The notes under the pieces: generated by a model
The model's database searches: none
Seen by the model: the letters and a program-made list of their open reading frames with translations, nothing else
Told to the model about the DNA's origin: nothing
NCBI GenBank assembly: GCA_964652335.1
Contig: CAZZDL010000018.1
Span: forward strand, 1-15,216
Direction: 5' to 3'
DNA length: 15,216 nucleotides
Source of the DNA: Candidatus Micrarchaeota archaeon
GTDB lineage: Archaea > B1Sed10-29 > WALL01 > WAMD01
Shown here: positions 1-6,784 of the stretch, one piece after another
How the letters are laid out: each line of letters begins with the position of its first letter
Position numbering within the stretch: the stretch's first letter is position 1
Made by a program: the position numbers and the translations under genes

Positions 1-53
1 TGAACCAAATCAATAAAAACCCTTTCTTCGTTACTAAATTAGAGTATAAAGCG

Positions 54-602
54 GTGAACACCATGGGAATTTCAAGCCTGATTTATGACACATGGATGAG
101 GGATACACAATACAAAAAATATGAAGGGATGCTTGACATACTGATAAGGAATTCAGTTCCATTGGAAGGGAAAGTCTTGGACGTTGGGATAGGAACAGCA
201 TTGTTTGAGGAATATCTAAAAGGGAAAGGGATAGTTCTGGATCTAGTCGGAGTAGACATGGACAGAAAAATGCTATCAGAAGCTAAGAAGAAGGGTTACT
301 TAGTCATGCTCGCTAACGCGGAGAAGCTACCCTTTGAGGACAACAGCTTTGACCTTGTATTCTGCATAGACACAATAAACTCAGTAGCAAATAAGGAAGA
401 GGTTATAAAAGAGATAAAAAGAGTTATGAAGCCAAATGCATTTGCATTGATATCTCATTTCTGCAACAATTTCACAAAGAACCAAGTCTTGAAGAAGATG
501 GAGGCATTAACCAGACCTTTCACCGTGGTGGACACGGGGATAGTTGGTAATGTAGATAATGAACTAAGCGTTGCATTCCTTGTAAAGAAGGAGGGAGAGT
601 GA
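54..602 (+). CDS. Class I SAM-dependent methyltransferase (Methyltransf_11/UbiE-like); substrate unknown
   Basis: Motif I VLDVGIGTA, acidic motif LVGVD, and the AEKLPFEDNSFDLV and EIKRVMKP motifs typical of Methyltransf_11. Start is GTG 54 or ATG 63. Confidence 0.9.
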   Translation: MNTMGISSLIYDTWMRDTQYKKYEGMLDILIRNSVPLEGKVLDVGIGTALFEEYLKGKGIVLDLVGVDMDRKMLSEAKKKGYLVMLANAEKLPFEDNSFDLVFCIDTINSVANKEEVIKEIKRVMKPNAFALISHFCNNFTKNQVLKKMEALTRPFTVVDTGIVGNVDNELSVAFLVKKEGE

Positions 603-916
603 GACATATGAATTGGTTAATATTGTTGATGGAGTCCTTTTCAACAGTTTTCTTTTTGTTTGTATTTGGCATCACAGCGTATTTTTACATAAAGGATAAT
701 TCAAATACGCTTGCCTTTTGGCTGTCAATAGCTTTCTTCCTATTGTTCTTCTCAACAGCAGGGACATTACTCTACGACACAGATGTATTCCCAGAGACAG
801 TTAAGATTGTTTCATCTATTTTGAATGTAATGGCAGGCATAATCTTTATGTATATCTTTATATCAGAGGAGATGGCATACAAGACAATAAGAAGATTAAG
901 TTCTAGTTTTAAGTGA
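599..916 (+). CDS. Small integral membrane protein (3 predicted TM helices), function unknown
   Basis: Three long hydrophobic stretches and a basic C-terminus. Overlaps the methyltransferase stop (GTGA); alternative ATG at 608. Confidence 0.75.
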   Translation: MRHMNWLILLMESFSTVFFLFVFGITAYFYIKDNSNTLAFWLSIAFFLLFFSTAGTLLYDTDVFPETVKIVSSILNVMAGIIFMYIFISEEMAYKTIRRLSSSFK

Positions 917-1766
917 CTTTTCTTTGGAAAGCTCTTGGGAACAATCTTCTTAGATGACTCTCTTTTAGATAACCAAGTTTTTCAAACGTCTTTAATCTCC
1001 TTATTATTACCCATGGATGTGTATCTACTAGCCTATCAAAAATCTTCTTAAAACTCTTCTTGTTGAATAGATTATCTTTATGTAACCTTTCAATGTTATT
1101 TATAACTGCCAAAGGATATGAGCTAATCAATAAGTCAATATGTCCTCTCTTTATGTATTTGTTCCGGTATAACACTGGGGCCATGTAGGCAAAAGTATCT
1201 GGATCTTTCTCCATGAGCTTTCTCATGTGCGCATCTGTTAGTAACTCTTTATCAAATTTTTTAATATTCGTCAACACATCAGTTGGCACCTTTTCAACTA
1301 ATAGATCTACAGTTATAGGCGAGATTAATTTGGCTTTCTGGAGTGCTTCCAACTTATCTATTACATCCTCAGGGTACTTGATCGCTATATGATTTATATG
1401 GGTTGGTTTCAACAATCCCTTCATCATGAATTGATCCAAAAAATGGACAATTACAAACGGATTCTCCTTAGCTAATTTATGCATCAATCTCTCATCAAAG
1501 AAATCACGCATTATCAACTCTTTAATGGAGCGTATAATTTCACCTGTATATGGATATCCCGGCCATGTTTTGTATGCATTCATTAGCTTTTCAACATGTC
1601 TTTTCTCTAGTATGCCTGCATCTATCAACTTTGGTGCATGCAACAAAATATCTAATGGATACCTATCTACATACTTATCAATATTTTGAGAGTTTACCTT
1701 TATGCTCGTTCTACCTCTCCTATTCTTTCTCATGACAAGCCTGATAAACACCTCTTTTTCTTTCAT
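909..1766 (-). CDS. Hypothetical basic protein with eight ~29-aa tandem helical repeats
   Basis: 285-aa ORF. Residues 29-271 divide into units with consensus h..L....P..h......h....h...H. Starts 4 nt after the stop of 1771..2796. Confidence 0.8.
   Translation of the reverse strand: MKEKEVFIRLVMRKNRRGRTSIKVNSQNIDKYVDRYPLDILLHAPKLIDAGILEKRHVEKLMNAYKTWPGYPYTGEIIRSIKELIMRDFFDERLMHKLAKENPFVIVHFLDQFMMKGLLKPTHINHIAIKYPEDVIDKLEALQKAKLISPITVDLLVEKVPTDVLTNIKKFDKELLTDAHMRKLMEKDPDTFAYMAPVLYRNKYIKRGHIDLLISSYPLAVINNIERLHKDNLFNKKSFKKIFDRLVDTHPWVIIRRLKTFEKLGYLKESHLRRLFPRAFQRKVT
954..1682 (-). repeat. Protein-level tandem repeat array (8 x ~29 aa)
   Basis: Examples: IDKYVDRYPLDILLHAPKLIDAGILEKRH / MHKLAKENPFVIVHFLDQFMMKGLLKPTH / MRKLMEKDPDTFAYMAPVLYRNKYIKRGH / FDRLVDTHPWVIIRRLKTFEKLGYLKESH. 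Pro at position 9 and a terminal His recur. Confidence 0.8.
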
Positions 1767-1770
1767 AGAA

Positions 1771-2796
1771 TCATCTTGGTTTAATCGCTTTTTCTACTTC
1801 TCTTTTTAGACTTTCAATGGATACGGTGGCCTTAAACTTGCCCTCACCTTTTTTCATCTCCCTTAGGAACCGCATAAACACAGGCATATTGTTCTCTATT
1901 ATCTTTTTGGCAGTTTCCAAGGCATGCCTATTGAACTTAGGATAGCTAGCATTCTTATGCATGTCAAGTAATGCTTTTCTGGATAACTCTATCAACCTTA
2001 TCTTGTAGAGGGAAGGATTTGTCTTTCTCAATAAGTTTAGATAGGTATGCTTCCCTTGAACCAATGCCCTGACCCTGTCCTTCAGTAACTGCCCTCTTGC
2101 AAAGTCTTCTAAAAGCTTTTTCTTGTACTCCTCCTCAAGTTTTCGTTCTGATGGTAATCTTCTTATTATCTCTTCTATCAGCTCGGGCTTGTAAACAAGC
2201 CCTCGCCTCCATGCTTCCCTGGCTTCTGTCAGTATTTCTGGTTTTATCCTAAGGTATTGCCCCTCAACACCCTTGGATATATAGAGCATTGCAAGTCTGT
2301 CTGCAATGAAATTAGTGGTAGCTTCATCGTATGCAGTGGGTAGCCTTTCAAGCCTGGGGATAAATCCCCTAACTGCATGAGTAAGCTCATGCCAAAGATC
2401 CAAGACAGCGGAAGGCTTAAGATTTCCATACTCATCAAAAGCAGATGATGGAAGCTCTATCAACCTGGCTTCCTTTAGCGGAGAATATATAATCTGCCCT
2501 TTTGTGACAATGTCTCCCTCCTTCTTCAAGTAAGCTCCGGGCTCAACTACAATAGCAATTTCCCCTCTTTTCAACGCTGCTTTGAAATCCTCTATAGCCT
2601 TCCTTGGGATTGGATAATACTTAGCCAACTCTTCCATTCCCTTTGCAAACAGAGTGACAGCCTCACTTAACTGAAGGAATTTCCTTCTTCTAATTGGATC
2701 AGAGTGCCATTCTCTAGGTAGATGCTTAAGCCTGGCAGCTATCTTTCTTTCAGCCTCCCTCATTTTGAATTCTCCTGCCGCCTTCGGTCTTGGCAT
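1771..2796 (-). CDS. Hypothetical protein with gluzincin-like Zn-metallopeptidase motif (HExxH...E)
   Basis: LWHELTHA (H136,E137,H140) followed by YDEATTNF (E158). AGGTGAT SD just upstream of the ATG. No signal peptide; Lys/Arg-rich. Confidence 0.7.
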   Translation of the reverse strand: MPRPKAAGEFKMREAERKIAARLKHLPREWHSDPIRRRKFLQLSEAVTLFAKGMEELAKYYPIPRKAIEDFKAALKRGEIAIVVEPGAYLKKEGDIVTKGQIIYSPLKEARLIELPSSAFDEYGNLKPSAVLDLWHELTHAVRGFIPRLERLPTAYDEATTNFIADRLAMLYISKGVEGQYLRIKPEILTEAREAWRRGLVYKPELIEEIIRRLPSERKLEEEYKKKLLEDFARGQLLKDRVRALVQGKHTYLNLLRKTNPSLYKIRLIELSRKALLDMHKNASYPKFNRHALETAKKIIENNMPVFMRFLREMKKGEGKFKATVSIESLKREVEKAIKPR

Positions 2797-2828
2797 CCAA
2801 TCACCTATGAGTCTTTCTCATTCAAAAC

Positions 2829-2836
2829 CTTTAAAA
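2829..2836 (-). promoter_or_regulatory. Putative archaeal TATA box for the 1771..2796 / 909..1766 gene pair
   Basis: TTTTAAAG on the minus strand 33-40 nt upstream of the ATG, leaving room for a short leader containing the AGGTGAT SD. Confidence 0.4.
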
Positions 2837-2842
2837 TTAACG

Positions 2843-3877
2843 TCAAAATCCCTTAGCTAGAGGTACAAACCCCTTCTTTGTTAAGACGCCCGTATCTTCA
2901 AATCTAGCTCCTCCTATCCCAGGTATATGCAGCCCTGGCTCTATTGTGAAAACCATACCTTCCAATAGTTCTCCGCCCTTAGGACCTAGACTAGGTGTTT
3001 CATGCACGTCAAGCCCAACCCCATGACCTAGAGCATAAGGCCAGTGTTTAGAAAGTGGGCCCAACTTTTCCCTAGCCAGGTTGTAAATTTCTTCTCCTGT
3101 CATTCCGATGCTAACCTCTTCCTTCAACTCTACCCATACGTCTATGAGCTTTGATACCATGTCCAACTGCTTTACCTTTGGTTCAACAAGGAATGTCCTT
3201 GTAAAATCAGAGCAATAGCCGTTATAGCTTGCCCCCATGTCTATTATGACAGTTTCCCTAGGCTTTATCTTCTTTCTAGTTGGCCTAGAATGTATGTACA
3301 TGGAATTTCTTCCGCTTGCCACTATTGGCCTGAATGCAATATCTCCTTGATCAAGGTAGTAACCAACTAGAGCTATTTCTATTTCCTTTTCAGTTATGCC
3401 TGGCCTTATCATGTCTTCTACTATGTAGAATGCCTCCTTTGTAATCTTTGACGCTTTCTTCATTGCTTTTATCTCATTCTTATCCTTCACTGCCCTTATT
3501 GAGGATAGGATCCCATCTATCGGTACGAATCTCACTTTAGCTTTTCTTCTGAGCTTTTTGACAAATGCGTAACTAAGGTATCTTTCTTCTATCCCTATTA
3601 CCTTAGCGTTGGATGATGCTATTAGCTCGTACACATGTTCTTTGCTCTTCCTTCTTGTAGGTTTTATTCTAGGCTTTGAGTCTAGAGCATTGTAGTAATC
3701 ACTAACCACTAAGCTAGGCTTTCCTCTAAAATTCCAGAACAAGAATCCAGTGACCTCTTTTGGTATCCCTGTTAGGTATGTGAGGTTTGAATTTGTATTA
3801 TCTGCAGCAGAGAATATCAGGACAGCATCGCATTTTTCTTTGCATTCGTCTTTTAACGCCTTTAGCCTCTTATCCAT
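2843..3877 (-). CDS. pepQ: Xaa-Pro peptidase family protein (M24B, prolidase/aminopeptidase P-like)
   Basis: Creatinase_N-like N-terminal domain and RAVKDKNEI. Metal-ligand motifs IDMGA, YCSDFTRT, GHGVGLDVHETP, FTIEPG and RFEDT are present. GGGGTGG SD. Confidence 0.9.
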   Translation of the reverse strand: MDKRLKALKDECKEKCDAVLIFSAADNTNSNLTYLTGIPKEVTGFLFWNFRGKPSLVVSDYYNALDSKPRIKPTRRKSKEHVYELIASSNAKVIGIEERYLSYAFVKKLRRKAKVRFVPIDGILSSIRAVKDKNEIKAMKKASKITKEAFYIVEDMIRPGITEKEIEIALVGYYLDQGDIAFRPIVASGRNSMYIHSRPTRKKIKPRETVIIDMGASYNGYCSDFTRTFLVEPKVKQLDMVSKLIDVWVELKEEVSIGMTGEEIYNLAREKLGPLSKHWPYALGHGVGLDVHETPSLGPKGGELLEGMVFTIEPGLHIPGIGGARFEDTGVLTKKGFVPLAKGF

Positions 3878-3905
3878 TTGACCACCCCTATGACTATCCT
3901 GCAGG

Positions 3906-3913
3906 TTAATAAA
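3906..3913. promoter_or_regulatory. Putative TATA-like box in the divergent pepQ / site-2 protease intergenic region
   Basis: TTAATAAA (TTTATTAA on minus) lies 23-30 nt before ATG 3936 and 29-36 nt before the minus-strand ATG at 3877. Confidence 0.3.
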
Positions 3914-3935
3914 GGCAAACTAGAATAAAAATAAC

Positions 3936-4997
3936 ATGAGGTCTTGGAAAATTGGGAATGTAATGGGCATAACTCTAGAGCTTCATTGGACTACTATACT
4001 ATTTATGATATTTCTAGTGGTGTTAAATCCAATATACTCACTTGTATTCGCAATTTTATTTGTGGTTATATCTCTTCATGAGCTTAGCCATTCGTTGGTG
4101 GCTAAACATTACAGGATACATGTTAGCAAAATCATCCTGCTACCGATAGGTGGAATGGCAGTCATGGAGGAAGAAAAGCTGAAGCCGAAGGTAGAATTTC
4201 TAATGTCCATAGCTGGACCTCTGTTCAATTTTTGTTTTGCCGGTTTGGTTCTTTTGGTTGCAAGCACAGGATTGGTTCCTATATATGACTTGGCCGCATG
4301 GGATGCAATGATAAACGGGAAGATAGGCTTGGATATAGTTGGGTTCATCGCATCAAGCCTTTTCTGGCTTAACTGGATACTAGGCGCATTTAATCTGTTT
4401 GTTCCTGCTATCCCTATGGATGGAGGGAGAGTGTACAGGGCCTTGTTAGCTATGATATTCGGTTATGTGAAAGCCACAAGGATAGCGGCATTTACAAGCA
4501 AGATAATAACAGCGATAATGTTCTTCATAGCTATATTTACATTTAACATAATTCTCCTACTAGTTTCTGCTTTCATATTCTTGGGAGCATCTGCAGAGAT
4601 AGAGCAGGCAATGAACATTTCAGCATTAAGAAGATTGAATATGAAAGCTATTGTAAAAAAGAGTGCTGTGAAAGTGAAGCCGAATTCCAGCATTAAAGAG
4701 GTTATTAGGATAATGCAAATGAAGAATGTTCCACAGGTATTCGTTGGGGATTACAAACATGTAATAACTGCAGAAGATGTTACAAAGAAAGGGAAAACGG
4801 CTGAAGACATTGCCAGGGAGATAAAGCCAGTGAATATAACCAGCATGGCAAGCAGGCTGGACCTTGTATTGAAGGCGATTACAGGGCAAGACTTGGATAT
4901 CATTCCTGTTGTGAGAAGAGGTAGGACAGTTGGCTTTATTTATAGGACAGATTTGGAAAACGCCTTGAGGCTAGCTAGAATTCTAAGCAATGAATAA
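3936..4997 (+). CDS. Site-2 protease (peptidase M50) with C-terminal CBS domain pair
   Basis: HELSH, LLPIGG, SIAGPLFN and FNLFVPAIPMDGGR motifs in a multi-TM domain. C-terminal CBS-like segments (VKPNSSIKEVIRIM; IIPVVRRGRTVGFIYRTDL). Confidence 0.95.
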   Translation: MRSWKIGNVMGITLELHWTTILFMIFLVVLNPIYSLVFAILFVVISLHELSHSLVAKHYRIHVSKIILLPIGGMAVMEEEKLKPKVEFLMSIAGPLFNFCFAGLVLLVASTGLVPIYDLAAWDAMINGKIGLDIVGFIASSLFWLNWILGAFNLFVPAIPMDGGRVYRALLAMIFGYVKATRIAAFTSKIITAIMFFIAIFTFNIILLLVSAFIFLGASAEIEQAMNISALRRLNMKAIVKKSAVKVKPNSSIKEVIRIMQMKNVPQVFVGDYKHVITAEDVTKKGKTAEDIAREIKPVNITSMASRLDLVLKAITGQDLDIIPVVRRGRTVGFIYRTDLENALRLARILSNE

Positions 4998-5025
4998 AAA
5001 TTCTTTTCTACAAAAAGATTATTGT

Positions 5026-5108
5026 GCCGGCGTAGCCTAGCCCGGTAAGGCGGTGGCCTCGAGAGCCACTGGGCTCTGCCCACGCAGGTTCAAATCCTGC
5101 CGCCGGCG
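5026..5108 (+). tRNA. tRNA-Ser (anticodon CGA), intronless, CCA not encoded
   Basis: Acceptor GCCGGCG/CGCCGGC with discriminator G. D arm GCC..GGC. Anticodon arm GTGGC-CTCGAGA-GCCAC (CGA at 5060-5062). Long variable arm GGGC-TCT-GCCC. T arm GCAGG-TTCAAAT-CCTGC. Followed by CTA. Confidence 0.97.
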
Positions 5109-5168
5109 CTATGCTACCTCTAGTAAGTAAATAAAACATGTCTATGTACATAGGGACAAATCAGATGA

Positions 5169-5879
5169 TCATTCCAAATCAAAATACACTCTCTTTCTCC
5201 CTTTACCCTTATTCTCAAACTTCAAGACTTTTATCTTTCCACATTCCTTTGTATTTCTGACATGCGGTCCTCCGTCTGCCTGGATGTCAACTCCTTCTAT
5301 TTCAACAATCCTGAGCTCGCCAACGTTGGGTGGCATTTTACTAGCTAGCTTGACTATTCCAGGTATCTTCAATGCCTCTTCCCTTGGTAAGAAGTATATC
5401 TTGACTTCATGTCCCTCTGCTAAAACTCTGTTTGTCTCTTCCACATATTCCATAAATTTATCCCTATCAAAATTCTCTAGAGAAAAATCCATTCTTGACT
5501 TGGAAACATCAAGATAGTTCCCTGTTATTAATGCGTTGGATGCCTTGTTCACTACGGCTGCTAGAACATGAACAGCAGTATGCAATCGCATGAGCTTATA
5601 TCTCCTATCCCAATCTAGTATACAATGCACTTCATCTCCTGGCTCTAGCCCTGGTTTATCCACCTCAAGACTAACCATACCCTCAAATTTACCAGAGTAT
5701 ACAACGTTGAATTCTTCATTTCCTTTCATGATCTTTCCAGTATCCCATGCTAATCCTCCACCTTTTGGATAAAAATTTACTTTGTCCAAGACAACGAATT
5801 TTCCATCCTTCACATTTAGCACAGTTGCATCCCATTCCTTTACATAACAATCCTTCATCCATATTAGCTCCTGTTCCAT
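5169..5879 (-). CDS. alaXM: Alanyl-tRNA editing protein AlaX-M
   Basis: FYPKGGG..DTG, LDWDRRYKLMRLHTAVH, SRMDFS, LRIVEIEGVDIQADGGPHV and KFENKGKGRKRVYF motifs; ~236 aa fits AlaX-M. ATG 5879 was chosen for its GGTGA SD spacing (the ORF extends to 5888). Confidence 0.95.
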   Translation of the reverse strand: MEQELIWMKDCYVKEWDATVLNVKDGKFVVLDKVNFYPKGGGLAWDTGKIMKGNEEFNVVYSGKFEGMVSLEVDKPGLEPGDEVHCILDWDRRYKLMRLHTAVHVLAAVVNKASNALITGNYLDVSKSRMDFSLENFDRDKFMEYVEETNRVLAEGHEVKIYFLPREEALKIPGIVKLASKMPPNVGELRIVEIEGVDIQADGGPHVRNTKECGKIKVLKFENKGKGRKRVYFDLE

Positions 5880-5892
5880 ATTCATCACCGTT

Positions 5893-6324
5893 CTATCCTT
5901 CTATTTCTAGTCCATCAATCCGCTTTGGAAGATTCCTAATAAATTCTGGTGTTAGGTCGTAGTAAGCTAGCTGATCAGGAGGGTACATATCTAGAATATA
6001 ACCAGCCCTTTCTTTGGCTATCTCAAACAATGCATTCTTTATTAGTAGCACATCTGCCTCAGGTCCAATGAACGCGACGGTTCCGTCTTGAAATCTAAAA
6101 TATCCTGAAGAAACCTCTGGCTCCTTTGGAACGATCTCCACTCTAATCTTCTTTCCATCTATTTCTATGAATGCAGATTTGCCATTGGAATATGTTTTCA
6201 TATCCCTAAAAGCAATGACTTCCTTTAGCCTAGCTAGAAGAGAGTCAACTACCTTTGTCAGTTTTCTTCCGCCTATAACTGCCAGGGCTCTAACCGTTTT
6301 GCCGTCTAGGACTAGTTTTGCCAC
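5893..6324 (-). CDS. Hypothetical protein (143 aa), probably co-transcribed with alaX
   Basis: GTG-start ORF with normal globular composition that ends a few nt before alaX. No recognisable family motif. Confidence 0.7.
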   Translation of the reverse strand: MAKLVLDGKTVRALAVIGGRKLTKVVDSLLARLKEVIAFRDMKTYSNGKSAFIEIDGKKIRVEIVPKEPEVSSGYFRFQDGTVAFIGPEADVLLIKNALFEIAKERAGYILDMYPPDQLAYYDLTPEFIRNLPKRIDGLEIEG

Positions 6325-6325
6325 A

Positions 6326-6363
6326 TTTTTTTAACTAGTTCCGCATATAAATAATGGGGTGAT
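6326..6363. promoter_or_regulatory. Compact divergent promoter region
   Basis: TTTATAT on the minus strand (6345-6351) ~21-27 nt upstream of GTG 6324, consistent with a leaderless transcript. TTTTAA (~6329-6334) plus a GGGGTGAT SD (6356-6363) for the + gene. Confidence 0.4.
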
Positions 6364-6366
6364 TCT

Positions 6367-6717
6367 GTGATAGTTTGGTTGATTATAGGATTATTGGCTG
6401 GGATAATCAGTGGTTTAATCGGAATAGGTGGGGGAATACTTGTGATTCCAGCCTTCACATTCCTTTTAGGCATGTCTCAGCATCAGGCTCAGGGGACTAG
6501 TTTGGCTATGCTTCTTCCCCCTATCGGAGCACTGGCTGTTTGGAGCTATTGGAAAGCTGGTTATGTCGTTTGGCCTGTTGCATTGACTGCAGCTCTAGGA
6601 TTTTTCTTTGGCGGATTTATAGGAGCAAGTTTCGCTGGAAATGTTCCAGATGCTCTGCTAAGGAAAGTTTTTGGCTTTGCATTGCTCCTAATTGCGTTGT
6701 ATATGATATTCAGATAG
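6367..6717 (+). CDS. Sulfite exporter TauE/SafE (DUF81/TSUP) family membrane protein, single-repeat half-size form
   Basis: GLLAGIISGLIGIGGGILVIP, QHQAQGTSLA, GGFIGASFA and LLRKVFG motifs. 116 aa, ~4 TM; GGGGTGAT SD. Confidence 0.92.
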   Translation: MIVWLIIGLLAGIISGLIGIGGGILVIPAFTFLLGMSQHQAQGTSLAMLLPPIGALAVWSYWKAGYVVWPVALTAALGFFFGGFIGASFAGNVPDALLRKVFGFALLLIALYMIFR

Positions 6718-6753
6718 CTATATTCACCATTCACGTGTAAATAGCTAGGCATA

Positions 6754-6761
6754 TTTAAAAA
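6754..6761 (+). promoter_or_regulatory. Putative TATA box of the pilus-like operon (leaderless first gene)
   Basis: TTTAAAAA centred ~27 nt upstream of ATG 6785, the standard archaeal TATA position; no clear SD. Confidence 0.5.
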
Positions 6762-6784
6762 GGATTAATGGAGAAAATTAAATA

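Noticed and set aside
5026..5108. tRNA-Ser as an integration site for a mobile element
   Set aside because: No integrase and no duplicated tRNA 3' end. The only match seen (TTCAAATCCTG near 14893-14903) is 11 nt inside a CDS and compatible with chance.
6367..6717. TauE/SafE gene as a truncated pseudogene
   Set aside because: It is one complete repeat with an intact SD and stop; half-size members of this family are known.
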